Translations under genes and position numbers: made by a program
Shown: positions 10,298 to 19,986 of the stretch, piece by piece
How the letters are laid out: every line of letters begins with the position of its first letter
How positions within the stretch are numbered: position 1 is the stretch's first letter
The notes under the pieces: model-generated
Told to the model about the DNA's origin: nothing
The model's database searches: none
What the model saw: the letters and a program-made list of their open reading frames with translations, nothing else
Virus record (IMG/VR): IMGVR_UViG_3300042542_006078
Reading direction: 5' to 3' (one strand)
Source: a virus
Taxonomy: Duplodnaviria > Caudoviricetes
DNA: 64,000 nt

Positions 10298-11299
10298 ATG
10301 GAAACACTCAAAATTAAGTATGTCAATTTTTCTAGCATGAGGAGATTCGGCGTTGAAATAGAAGTTGGCCATGAAGTGAAGAAGAAAGATGTTCACTTGG
10401 CAATAAAGTCTTCTTCTCAACACGATGTCTATACAAGCCGATATGGATTGTCGAGCAATAACAGGTATTGGCATGTAAAAGATGATGCTACTTGTGGAAT
10501 CAAGGGAAGAAAAGGCCCCAAGGGTGTCGAGATAGCTTCTTTTGTAGGACACGGAAATCAAGACATCGATCATATTTCGCAAATTGCTGGAATTCTTTCT
10601 CAAATAGGATGCAAAACGAATGATAATTGCGGTCTTCACATTCATGCCGAGGCTGTTGATTTTACGATAGAGCAATGCAGTATATTGGTTGCTTACTGGG
10701 TTAAGATAGAAAAAATTCTCAGTATGGCTTTGCCAATTAGAAGAAATAGAAGCGAATATTGCAAATTCACTTTTCCTCATGATGCTTCTTTTGATTTCAA
10801 ATTGTGCAGAGAGACAAAATATTCAGCCGATTTGTTTTGGCAAATAATTTCTCCCAAGAATTTGGGTTTTTTTGATAATGAAGACAGAAGGTTCAATTTG
10901 AATCTTGTTAATTTTGTTCGATCAATTAGAGATCAGAATTTACATAGAAAAACAATTGAGCTTAGATGGCCTGAAGGTTCTCTTGATCCAATAGACATTA
11001 GTTGTTGGACTAGGTTGTTTTTGTCATTTGTTGAAAATTGCAAGTTTATGATCATGCCAAATAATTTGGAGGATCTTTCTTTGCAGCAAACATTGTGTTG
11101 TTTTGGTCTTGAAAATTTACAATCATTTACGATTTTCAGTAGGAATATGCATGAAACTAAGACTTGGTTTCTTGAAAGGATAATCAAGCATGAATCGGAT
11201 TCTGTTGAATTTTACAATGATGAAAAAATTCGCAATACGGTAATAGAAGCTAAAGAAATACTGAATAAAATGTGGTCGCCCTTGAGGAGATATGCTTGA
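10298..11299 (+). CDS. putative amidoligase (COOH-NH2 ligase type 2, Amidoligase_2)
   Basis: RFGVEIE, WHVKDDAT, VEIAS, NCGLHIH, RFNLN, TIELRWPEGS. Confidence 0.8.
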   Translation: METLKIKYVNFSSMRRFGVEIEVGHEVKKKDVHLAIKSSSQHDVYTSRYGLSSNNRYWHVKDDATCGIKGRKGPKGVEIASFVGHGNQDIDHISQIAGILSQIGCKTNDNCGLHIHAEAVDFTIEQCSILVAYWVKIEKILSMALPIRRNRSEYCKFTFPHDASFDFKLCRETKYSADLFWQIISPKNLGFFDNEDRRFNLNLVNFVRSIRDQNLHRKTIELRWPEGSLDPIDISCWTRLFLSFVENCKFMIMPNNLEDLSLQQTLCCFGLENLQSFTIFSRNMHETKTWFLERIIKHESDSVEFYNDEKIRNTVIEAKEILNKMWSPLRRYA

Positions 11300-11324
11300 T
11301 TTTTACTCATGGTCGATATATAAT
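11296..11324 (+). promoter_or_regulatory. sigma70-type promoter
   Basis: TTGATT-17 nt-TATAAT upstream of the small sigma factor gene. Confidence 0.6.
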
Positions 11325-11392
11325 CTTGATTAGAGCCTTTCTTCAAAAAAGGCGCAACTAACTGCTAACTTTCAAAACTTTCAAGGATTACT

Positions 11393-11935
11393 ATGACTAA
11401 ACATGAAATTAACGAACTTATTGTTCGTCACATTGATTTCTCTGAAAAAATAGCGAGATTGAATTGTAAAAAATATCCCGCAATAAGTTTTGACGAGCTT
11501 GTTTCTGCTGCTTACATGGGACTTGTAATTGCAGCAAATAAGTACAAATTAAATAGAAAAACTAAATTTACTACTTATGCATATTTGAAAATTAATTTTT
11601 CTATCAGGATTTACGCCAAAGAAAACTATCCTTCTAGATCTAGAGTGAAGCCTTTTTTACACGAACAAATAGACAGATCGATGATGGAAAGTATTCCTTG
11701 TAAAAATAAAAATTCAGATGAAAGCGAGATAGTCGAGGCTTTGACTCAGGGCTTGAATCAAAAAGAAAAAGAGATTTTTCTGGATTACTATCTTAATGGC
11801 AAAAGACTATCAGAAATAGCTGTCGAAAAAATGGTTGATAAATCAAGGATATCTCGAATATTTGAGGATATAAATAAAAAGCTTGCATTAAAATGGGAAT
11901 ACAGGAAATTTGAATTATATTCTATGATATCCTAA
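11393..11935 (+). CDS. small sigma-70 family RNA polymerase sigma factor (FliA/SigF/ECF-like size)
   Basis: region 2 DELVSAAYMGLVIAANKY…KFTTYAY; region 4 HTH GKRLSEIA…DKSRISRI. Confidence 0.8.
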   Translation: MTKHEINELIVRHIDFSEKIARLNCKKYPAISFDELVSAAYMGLVIAANKYKLNRKTKFTTYAYLKINFSIRIYAKENYPSRSRVKPFLHEQIDRSMMESIPCKNKNSDESEIVEALTQGLNQKEKEIFLDYYLNGKRLSEIAVEKMVDKSRISRIFEDINKKLALKWEYRKFELYSMIS

Positions 11936-11962
11936 ATAAAGTGAACCCATGATTGGTGAAAT

Positions 11963-12820
11963 ATGATCAAAACTCTTATTTTTGTTTTTATGACAACTTG
12001 CTCCTTACTAGATCAGGAAAATATTTCTCAAACACCACCATCTGAAGTCAGTGCCCCATTGATGGAATGGAACAGGTATGTTGGCAAAAATTTCACCATT
12101 ATGAGCATCGACAACGAGAAAGGCAAGGAGCTTGTTGATGATCTTGAGAATCTGAAAAAATCAGCCTTAACGAGATGGGGATTTCCTGATGTCAAGTTCA
12201 CAAAGGAATGCAGAGTATTTGTTGTTCCAGATTATGATTTGCTCAAAAAATTATTTAATCTAAATGTCGGCAAGGTTCAATTAAGGAAAGAATTGAATGT
12301 TATATGGTGTGTTGGGGATGACAAGCCAAATAAGTCAATTTTTCCTTATTTGACACAAGTTTGTCTTTATGAATATGAAACAGTTGAGTCAACAACTCTG
12401 CCAGTTTGGTTCAAAAGGGGTTGTATCACACTCAGTACAAGTGTTCCAGATGTGCGTGAAACATTGAAACCTTTCAATGAAATAGCAAGAAAAGAGCAAT
12501 TCAATCATTCAGCAGAACAAATGTTCACATTTACAGAGGAAGATTATAATAAGCAGACAACTGAAAACAAGAAGGTTTTTGATCAACAGGCTGCACTTCT
12601 TTGCTTGATGTTGAGAAAAGAGTTCGGCCAATTTAAGTTGCAGGGATTTCTGAGATTGCAAGCTAGAAATAAGCCGGAAGATGTTTTACAATTAGTTTAT
12701 GGATTCAAAAGTTTTTCTCAGTTTGATAAGCAATATGTTCGATTTATGAAAGAATTGTGTGCTGATATTGCTGACGATCATACACCAGATTCATATTTGG
12801 AAATTAAAAATAGTTTTTGA
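11963..12820 (+). CDS. putative secreted/lipoprotein-like protein
   Basis: signal peptide MIKTLIFVFMTTCSL; CTAAATA at 11932-11938. Confidence 0.55.
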   Translation: MIKTLIFVFMTTCSLLDQENISQTPPSEVSAPLMEWNRYVGKNFTIMSIDNEKGKELVDDLENLKKSALTRWGFPDVKFTKECRVFVVPDYDLLKKLFNLNVGKVQLRKELNVIWCVGDDKPNKSIFPYLTQVCLYEYETVESTTLPVWFKRGCITLSTSVPDVRETLKPFNEIARKEQFNHSAEQMFTFTEEDYNKQTTENKKVFDQQAALLCLMLRKEFGQFKLQGFLRLQARNKPEDVLQLVYGFKSFSQFDKQYVRFMKELCADIADDHTPDSYLEIKNSF

Positions 12821-12830
12821 GGATTCCCCT

Positions 12831-13130
12831 ATGATTTATCTCATGTCTTGGATTATTTTTGGCTTGATGGTTGGCTATATTGCTAAGGTTTTTCACCCCG
12901 GTGAGGAACCAGTTGGTTATTTGCCGACAATTGGAATTGGCGTTGGAGGGACATTTATTGGCGGGGCCATAAATTATCTACTTGGATATGGAGGAAGTCC
13001 ATTTCAAGCTTCTGGTTTTGTGATGTCAATTCTAGGCGGCGTAATATGCTGCGCCTCTTGGAGGTATTATAAACTGAAGACCGAACAGAGTGGACCTAAG
13101 TCTTTTTTAAGTGGAAAGAAAGTTGGTTAA
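12831..13130 (+). CDS. GlsB/YeaQ/YmgE family (transglycosylase-associated) membrane protein
   Basis: WIIFGLMVGYIAK…PG…TIGIGVGGTFIGG…GFVMSILGGV; ATG at 12831. Confidence 0.85.
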   Translation: MIYLMSWIIFGLMVGYIAKVFHPGEEPVGYLPTIGIGVGGTFIGGAINYLLGYGGSPFQASGFVMSILGGVICCASWRYYKLKTEQSGPKSFLSGKKVG

Positions 13131-13184
13131 TTGACTGTCAATTGATACAATTAATCCATGCAAGAAGGCGATGGGTAATAGATC

Positions 13185-13424
13185 ATGCTAGATAAAACTG
13201 TTGTAGAAGCTCTTAAAAAAACATATTCTAATTTGCACCCTCTGCTTTTTTACAGATCAACAGAGAAAGCAAAGAGTAATGGTGATCTTTTCGATATCGT
13301 TGATACGGTGCCGCACAAGTATCCTCTTATGTGGAACGAAAAGGAAAATAGGTGGTCAAATGTCGCTGATCCTTATTTTGTGGAACAATTTCTAAGCGAC
13401 TTCAATCAGAAAAACACCACTTGA
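13185..13424 (+). CDS. hypothetical protein
   Basis: 79 aa; candidate promoter TTGGTT-17-TACAAT with TG at 13123-13151. Confidence 0.6.
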   Translation: MLDKTVVEALKKTYSNLHPLLFYRSTEKAKSNGDLFDIVDTVPHKYPLMWNEKENRWSNVADPYFVEQFLSDFNQKNTT

Positions 13425-13445
13425 TAAAGCGGTATCATTAAAATC

Positions 13446-14108
13446 ATGCGCTTATACGAAGAATATTTCAAAAGACATAAAATAAATGATGTGCCTCTGG
13501 TCCATCATGTCAATAATAGTTGCATTGTATTCAGAACTAAAGATTATAAAATTTGGTATGATTTATTGTCAATTGATACAATAGTCAGCAGTAATTTTAC
13601 TTTACCATCTGCTGGAATTCTAAATATAAAATGGATTTATAGTGATCATCATCCCGGTCACTATGAAGTTTCATTACATTGTCAAATACATGATGGCTAT
13701 CTCAATGATAAAATTTTTATGAACAAGATCATTTCAAACATTAAATGGCATGATTATGAAAGTTTTATACATTCTTGCATGAAAAATTTCATGAATGTTG
13801 ATTTAGTCAGGGATAAAGATGAAGCTTTCGTTTTATGCTGGGAAATGTTTGTGGCATCTTATGATAGCTGGTTCTCAAAACAAGGAGGAGAAATCAAGTA
13901 TATGCTTTTTCAAACCTTGGATGAAGAATTAGATACAGCCACAAGGATTGATTTCATAGCAGAAATTCTAAAAAAATTAGCTTATACTTCTCCCGGTGTG
14001 TTTCGCAATTGGAAATACGAAGTGTTAAATAAAGTGCAGTATTTTGCTGACTGGTTTCTAGAATTGATTGATAAAAATGCTAAAGAACTATTGCCCTGTA
14101 AGGATTAA
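13446..14108 (+). CDS. hypothetical protein
   Basis: 220 aa ORF in operon-like run. Confidence 0.65.
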   Translation: MRLYEEYFKRHKINDVPLVHHVNNSCIVFRTKDYKIWYDLLSIDTIVSSNFTLPSAGILNIKWIYSDHHPGHYEVSLHCQIHDGYLNDKIFMNKIISNIKWHDYESFIHSCMKNFMNVDLVRDKDEAFVLCWEMFVASYDSWFSKQGGEIKYMLFQTLDEELDTATRIDFIAEILKKLAYTSPGVFRNWKYEVLNKVQYFADWFLELIDKNAKELLPCKD

Positions 14109-14907
14109 AAATCCTGTTTCAAAAAACTCTTTAGTTCGTCTTCTGACGGACCAGAAAATGCATATTATTTTCTGTGGTCAACATTTTGCTGATTATAAAC
14201 TTGATGTGGTTGGCGATTATATCGAAGTAGAGGAAGTATCAGAGGTAGATGATGGATGGATGGCCTCTATATGTCAAAAAACCAATTTAATTGATTATCA
14301 CGACAGCACTCTTCTTCTTGGTGGAATTAATTTTTTTGATAACACCAACAATAAAATGGCATCTTTATGTGTTGTGAGTAGTAGCGACAACAATGATTAC
14401 CTGAGAGTGATAAATCCCATCAATTCTTTTTGCAATTTAAGCCCAGATCAAGTATTAGATGTTGTTTTTTATGGTAGCATAAATGATTGTTGGGCTGCAC
14501 ATCTATCATCGAAAGATTTGTGCCTTGAAATGATTCAAAGTTCAATCAAACCAACAAAACACATTTTGAAAAATGAAAAAACTCCATTGATGGAATATTT
14601 TTTTAGATTTAGATTCAATCGTAGCAGCATTGAGACTTTATCTAGTTTGCCATTTGCCAAGATGGATGGTGGATTTATACTTTTCTTAAATTCAAAGCAA
14701 CAAAGAAGTGTTTTGAAGGTCACATGTTGCTGGCGTGGAAAAAACTCAATTTACAAAGCTTTATTGCTACCAAAGATTCCGAGTCATAATTTTAATTTTT
14801 TTGGCAAGAAACAAAATAAACAATGTTTGCAATCTAAGGTTTCTTTTGAGAAAATTGAATCGAATTCATTGGATTATGGTTGCACAGTCCTTCTATCAAA
14901 GGTGTGA
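14077..14907 (+). CDS. hypothetical protein
   Basis: long ORF (14068-14907), ATG 14077. Confidence 0.6.
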   Translation: MLKNYCPVRIKNPVSKNSLVRLLTDQKMHIIFCGQHFADYKLDVVGDYIEVEEVSEVDDGWMASICQKTNLIDYHDSTLLLGGINFFDNTNNKMASLCVVSSSDNNDYLRVINPINSFCNLSPDQVLDVVFYGSINDCWAAHLSSKDLCLEMIQSSIKPTKHILKNEKTPLMEYFFRFRFNRSSIETLSSLPFAKMDGGFILFLNSKQQRSVLKVTCCWRGKNSIYKALLLPKIPSHNFNFFGKKQNKQCLQSKVSFEKIESNSLDYGCTVLLSKV

Positions 14908-14912
14908 TAGGT

Positions 14913-15584
14913 ATGGTAAAATTAGATATCATAAATTTGCCTTGTAGGGAAATCACCATGACATATTGCAATCCTCCTTCAGGAGGATTTGCTATAGAGA
15001 AGGAAGCAAACAGATTGGTGAATTGGGACCATTGCCGTGAGCAGTTTGCGGTTAGATTTCTTGAAAAAACAGAAGGTTTTTATTTTTGTCATAAAGCATG
15101 TGAAGCTGATAGCGTTACTTGCTTTCTCAATAAATTTGAAAACATACTTTCGACTAGTGAAGGTTGTGATCTAATGGAAAAAACTCAATTTGCTCACACC
15201 AATCAGGAAAAAGTTCTTTATGTGAAACCAAGTTCTTTTTGGAAGGATTGTTTTTTTAAGAGATCATTGTTTACAATATTAGCTCGTTGCTCTCAAAATT
15301 ATTTGCCTCACAAAGACAATTTTGATGAAGCTCTTTTTTCTCCAAACTTCAAAGAATCAACATACACATATGAAACTAAACCTGCTGTATTGAGATTTAT
15401 GTTTGGATTCACCAAGTATACTGGTATATCTCCTGTTACGGCTGAGTCTACAGTTGTCAAGCATGGCTGGAAAGAGGAGTTTTATAAACTTGACGAATCA
15501 GAAATAAGAAATCGCTTAGTTCTGCCAGATGGCGTAAAAAAGAAGTGTAACATTGTTGGATCTGATTCATTGTGGGGGTCATGA
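14913..15584 (+). CDS. hypothetical protein
   Basis: ORF 14880-15584, ATG 14913 preferred. Confidence 0.6.
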   Translation: MVKLDIINLPCREITMTYCNPPSGGFAIEKEANRLVNWDHCREQFAVRFLEKTEGFYFCHKACEADSVTCFLNKFENILSTSEGCDLMEKTQFAHTNQEKVLYVKPSSFWKDCFFKRSLFTILARCSQNYLPHKDNFDEALFSPNFKESTYTYETKPAVLRFMFGFTKYTGISPVTAESTVVKHGWKEEFYKLDESEIRNRLVLPDGVKKKCNIVGSDSLWGS

Positions 15585-16371
15585 TATTTTGAGCAACAAA
15601 TGGTTCTTCACAGCAGATTGTCATTTTGGTCATGCAAACATCATCAAATATTGCAAAAGACCATTTATTTCAAACAATGACATGAAAATCTGCGATTTGA
15701 TCAAGAATGGCACCATACCCGCATCTGACTACAAGGTTCCTGAAATTAGCATTGATCTGATGGATAAGACAATTGCTAAAAGCATAAACGAAGTAGTAGG
15801 TAAAAATGACAACTTGGTGATTGTTGGGGATTTCTGTCTCCCTCATGGTGACAAAAATGAAAAATATTATCGTAGCATGATTAATTGCCAAAATGTTTTT
15901 CTAGTTTTGGGCAATCACGATGACAGAGATGCCTGCTCGGATGTTTTCACCGCATGTTACGAAAATTATTTATTCAAGATCGATGGGCAAAAAATATTTG
16001 TCAATCATTATCCAGCTAGATCTTGGAATAAGTCTAGCCAAGGATCATGGATGCTATATGGACATGTTCATGATGCATTTCATGATGAAGACAATGGTAG
16101 TCTTTCAAAACATGATAAACATGTTTTGTCTGAAAGTTTTGCTTCATTGATAAGAAAAAGAGGAATTCAACAGGATGGTCTTCTAGAAGAATTGCTTGAA
16201 ATTGTCGCTTCAATGAACGGTTCTCAATTAACTTTGGATGTAGGTGTCGATAATTTGTTGAGACCAGATTTGCCATTTGGCACTCCTTGGTCAATGTCTG
16301 ATATTAGGTCTTATATGCAAGAGAAAATTCCATTATGGAATGCACGAAAAACTGTTCATAGATTGATTTGA
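15553..16371 (+). CDS. calcineurin-like metallophosphoesterase
   Basis: TADCHFGH, VGDF, LGNHD, NHYP, YGHVH; true start may be TTG 15589. Confidence 0.9.
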   Translation: MLDLIHCGGHDILSNKWFFTADCHFGHANIIKYCKRPFISNNDMKICDLIKNGTIPASDYKVPEISIDLMDKTIAKSINEVVGKNDNLVIVGDFCLPHGDKNEKYYRSMINCQNVFLVLGNHDDRDACSDVFTACYENYLFKIDGQKIFVNHYPARSWNKSSQGSWMLYGHVHDAFHDEDNGSLSKHDKHVLSESFASLIRKRGIQQDGLLEELLEIVASMNGSQLTLDVGVDNLLRPDLPFGTPWSMSDIRSYMQEKIPLWNARKTVHRLI

Positions 16372-16473
16372 CATTCTTTTATTTACAACCAATCGAATTC
16401 ATGGTAGTTTGCTCCTGTGTGACAGACACACAGGGATAATGCGACCCTGACACTCGCATTGATTTTGGTGAGG

Positions 16474-16824
16474 ATGATCCACATGAGGATTTTCGCTGCT
16501 TTCGCTTTGGTTCTTGTTGTAGCTTCCAGCGCACAGGCTAAACCTTTCGGTTTGTTTTCGCCACGAAAGACAACTAACAACAGGCCTGTGGCGAACGCTG
16601 TTAATTTTTCGCTAGGCACCGCTCAGTCTGTTGCCAACCATATGGCCAAAATAGGAAGAATAGGCCATTTTGGCGGCAACCCCTATCCCCGTGAAGGGGT
16701 TGGAATGGGCGCAACTGCACAACAAGCGATTCGTAATTGTTGCTTTTATGGACAATACACCATCAAGGATCAAGGTGTAGCCCAAGGAAATAACGGGATG
16801 TGGTACGCTTGTAATCGATATTGA
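16474..16824 (+). CDS. small secreted Cys-containing protein
   Basis: signal peptide MRIFAAFALVLVVASSAQA; NCCFYG…GVAQG…WYAC; higher GC than neighbours. Confidence 0.65.
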   Translation: MIHMRIFAAFALVLVVASSAQAKPFGLFSPRKTTNNRPVANAVNFSLGTAQSVANHMAKIGRIGHFGGNPYPREGVGMGATAQQAIRNCCFYGQYTIKDQGVAQGNNGMWYACNRY

Positions 16825-16850
16825 TTTAATAGCAGTATAACAATTTCAAA

Positions 16851-16881
16851 AAAAACCGGGACATTTTTGTCCCGGTTTTTT
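16851..16881 (+). terminator. intrinsic terminator (probably bidirectional)
   Basis: aaaaaccgggaca-tttt-tgtcccggtttttt. Confidence 0.85.
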
Positions 16882-16949
16882 ATTCTACACACTCTGATAA
16901 AATTGATGTCGAGGAATCAACTGCTCGATAATTTACAGGATAAAATTCT

Positions 16950-17750
16950 ATGAATAATAAGTTCCTAATCGGACAACGCCTTGTCTTTCAGAACCAAGAA
17001 GTTTGTGTAATCACACATGATTCGGAAAAAAATAAATACTTTTGTCAGGTAGGAGAGGCTGGTTTGCAAATGTGGATTCCTGAAGATCAACTTCAGGAAG
17101 GATTGCCAGATGGTCCTCCAACTACGCATTTCAATAGGCGAACTCCTCATCTCATGATTGTGGATAGCTTTTATAAAAATCCTGATGAAATTCGCAACTT
17201 CGCTATGCAGCAAGAGTTCGCCTATGATAATCGATTCTATAAGGGACAAAGAACCAAGGAAAGATATCTCTGGCCTTATCTTAAGGAAGAATTTGAAAGA
17301 ATTATTGGAAGACCAATTGTTGACTGGTTAGATCAGCCAGCAAATGGATGTTTCCAAATCACTGGCTTTCAAGACCCCTTGGTTTATCATAGTGATGCTC
17401 AAAGCTATGCCGCTGCAATTTACCTTACTCCATTTGCTCCTCCTTCAGCCGGAACAAGTTTTTGGCGTGATAAGAAGCATCATGTTCGTCGTCCTCCAAA
17501 TCACCCTTTGGAATTTGATAGGTTCTCAAGCGATCAGGAAAGAATTCAAGTTGCAGATGAAGTTTACAATGACTACAACATTCTTCATCCTGATAATTGG
17601 GAATTAGTCGATAGGGTTGGAGCAATCTACAATCGTCTTGCTATTTGGGATGCAAAGATGATCCACTCGGCAAGTACATACGAAGGACTAATTAGCGAAG
17701 TAGTTGATAAGGCAAGATTGGTTCAACTTTTCTTTTTTACTGTTAGATAA
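16950..17750 (+). CDS. 2OG-Fe(II) oxygenase-like (DUF6445-type) with N-terminal SH3-like module
   Basis: IVDSFYKNPDEIR, YHSD (HxD), AIYLTP…GTSFW, YNRLAIWDAKMIHSA, RLVQLFF. Confidence 0.72.
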   Translation: MNNKFLIGQRLVFQNQEVCVITHDSEKNKYFCQVGEAGLQMWIPEDQLQEGLPDGPPTTHFNRRTPHLMIVDSFYKNPDEIRNFAMQQEFAYDNRFYKGQRTKERYLWPYLKEEFERIIGRPIVDWLDQPANGCFQITGFQDPLVYHSDAQSYAAAIYLTPFAPPSAGTSFWRDKKHHVRRPPNHPLEFDRFSSDQERIQVADEVYNDYNILHPDNWELVDRVGAIYNRLAIWDAKMIHSASTYEGLISEVVDKARLVQLFFFTVR

Positions 17751-17770
17751 TTGGTATTTTTGAGAAAATA

Positions 17771-17810
17771 TAGAACCCGCATTCTCTTTTTTTAGAGACT
17801 GCGGGTTCTA
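17771..17810. terminator. hairpin / probable terminator
   Basis: 11-bp stem tagaacccgca/tgcgggttcta after the oxygenase gene. Confidence 0.6.
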
Positions 17811-17849
17811 TCATATATAAGTTAGTTATATTTTTCTGAGGAGCAAACC

Positions 17850-18581
17850 GTGGAAAATCAGGAAGAAGTTTTAGCACAAGTTAAATTAAACCATGCCAAT
17901 CCTCTTGCCAATAAAAACATTGGCGATACTCCAATCAATTGGGATAGTAGCTCAGGTGATCCAACTGCTGTTGCAAATGCAGAATTTGATGGAACCAACT
18001 TCACAGCTTATTTTGAAAATAATCTAGTAGGAGTTTTTTTAACAGAAGCAACAAGTGACACAAAGGGAAGTATTTATTGGGACAAAACATTTGACTATAC
18101 GAGAAATATACATTTTAGTGGCGTTATTTCTGCTGGCAATGGAGATGGAGCAGACGGCATAACTGTATTTTTTGGTTGTGATAATTCATTGACTTCAAGA
18201 GATGATGCTACAAATGGAATAGCTATTTATTTCGAGGAATATAATGAAGGTAATCTCGTGCAAATTTTTTGGGACGGCAATCAAATTTTTGATGTTTACG
18301 AAGATGTGGGAACAGGAGATTTCAATACAAATTTTTCTTTAGATGATTTAACATGGAGACAATTTGATATTATTTATCAATATGTTGATACCACAAACTC
18401 TTATGTTACTGTTCTACTAAATGGCGTTTTCATTTGTCGTGTCAGAGTGGATGGCGAATGGGTCGAAACCGCTGGATCTATCGTTGGAATTAGTGGCTTC
18501 TGTGGTGCCAGCAATAATGATCATTATTGCAAAAAGTTTCAGGCGAAAAGTGCAAATCCTTGGCTTTTGATTAATGGGTAA
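17850..18581 (+). CDS. L-type (legume/ConA-like) lectin domain protein 1
   Basis: FLTEATSDTKGSIYW, GDGADGITVFF, IAIYFEEY, VGISGFCGASNNDHY; SD gaggag, GTG start. Confidence 0.7.
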   Translation: MENQEEVLAQVKLNHANPLANKNIGDTPINWDSSSGDPTAVANAEFDGTNFTAYFENNLVGVFLTEATSDTKGSIYWDKTFDYTRNIHFSGVISAGNGDGADGITVFFGCDNSLTSRDDATNGIAIYFEEYNEGNLVQIFWDGNQIFDVYEDVGTGDFNTNFSLDDLTWRQFDIIYQYVDTTNSYVTVLLNGVFICRVRVDGEWVETAGSIVGISGFCGASNNDHYCKKFQAKSANPWLLING

Positions 18582-18595
18582 AGAAAGAGGTAAAA

Positions 18596-19978
18596 ATGCA
18601 AAACAATAGCGGACCAAAAAAATCTAGAAATCCACTACAACCAGAAGCTCTTGGTGATTCTCCAATAGTTTGGAACAGTGGAATGGGTGATCCAACTTTA
18701 CTTGGAGCCAATCTTAATGGAAATGCGAGTTTCGTTGATGCAGATAAAGGAGTTATACTTTCTACTGATTCGGTAGAAAGTTCAGGAAGTTTGTATTGGC
18801 AAAATAATTTTGATTATGCAAATGATCTCTACATTAAGATGACCATCCATGCTAGCCATATGTCTGGAAGTGGTGGACTTGGATGGACTTTGTTTTTAGG
18901 TTCTGATACAAATTATACATTTATAGATGACGAAACAGGCTCAATAAATGTGTTTTTTGACGATGGTTTTTATGGTAATCCTTTTACCGATGCTGTTAGC
19001 TTGTGGGTTGATGGAACGAAAGTAGGAGGAGAAGGGTCGAATTATTATGTAGTTGATCCTCTCGATAATTCGATCTCAAAAAATGTTGAAGTTTTATTCC
19101 AACATGATAAATCTAATTTTAATTACATAACAGTTTTTATAGATGGTAAATATATTTGCAAAGCAAATTTAGGGACATGGACACCCGGCGGCAACTTTAT
19201 TGGAGTAAGTGCTGCAAGTTCATCTGATTCAGAATATGTCAACAACCATTACATAAAATCCATGGAAGTAAGAAGCATAGTTCCATGGATAAATGTCAAT
19301 TATCCAAAAATTCCAAAGAAAAATGATAAAATTTTTATTCTCATCAATGACACTTATGTTGATTATGTTGCTGAGGGATCTGACTCTGGAAATGAACCAA
19401 ACAATATTATGGCTTACTTAGATGCTAATTCCATAGCTTATGAAACATTTACGGACATATCTGAATTTGGATGGAACGATTTAGTTTATACAGGTAGAGC
19501 TGGTTATGTTATTATTCCCGAACTTGAAGATAGTGATATTCTTCCAGATTTGACTTCAGGTGCTAAAAATAAAATCAACAATTTTGTTTTTTCTGGCGGT
19601 AAACTGTTAATGTTTGCCCCTGATAATGGAGATGTTGTTCCTTTCTTGAACGATATATTTAGCTTTAGTATCATCAGTGGTGGAGAGGGTGGTATTAGCG
19701 AGCCAATAAGCCTCACAGTCGCTGGTTCTGCTCTTTTCCCAAGTGAAAGTGCTACTATTCCAAGTTTAAGTGATACTAGTTTTTTGGACACCTCTACTTT
19801 GCCAGCAGAGTCTGTGACAATTTATGAAGGAAGTGGTCCGAATCAATCTGTAGTAACCATGATTCCATATGGTTCTGGGAAAATATATGTTCTTGGCTGG
19901 GATTGGTTTGATGCTGCGCCGATAGGTCCAGAAGATGGTGGTTGGCTTAATTTGCTTGAATCTATTTTGCAATCTTGA
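18596..19978 (+). CDS. L-type lectin domain protein 2 with extra C-terminal domain
   Basis: ILSTDSVESSGSLYW, GGLGWTLFL, FIGVSAAS…HYI; C-terminal half with NFVFSGGKLL (GATase-like fold pattern). Confidence 0.65.
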   Translation: MQNNSGPKKSRNPLQPEALGDSPIVWNSGMGDPTLLGANLNGNASFVDADKGVILSTDSVESSGSLYWQNNFDYANDLYIKMTIHASHMSGSGGLGWTLFLGSDTNYTFIDDETGSINVFFDDGFYGNPFTDAVSLWVDGTKVGGEGSNYYVVDPLDNSISKNVEVLFQHDKSNFNYITVFIDGKYICKANLGTWTPGGNFIGVSAASSSDSEYVNNHYIKSMEVRSIVPWINVNYPKIPKKNDKIFILINDTYVDYVAEGSDSGNEPNNIMAYLDANSIAYETFTDISEFGWNDLVYTGRAGYVIIPELEDSDILPDLTSGAKNKINNFVFSGGKLLMFAPDNGDVVPFLNDIFSFSIISGGEGGISEPISLTVAGSALFPSESATIPSLSDTSFLDTSTLPAESVTIYEGSGPNQSVVTMIPYGSGKIYVLGWDWFDAAPIGPEDGGWLNLLESILQS

Positions 19979-19986
19979 GGAGTGAA

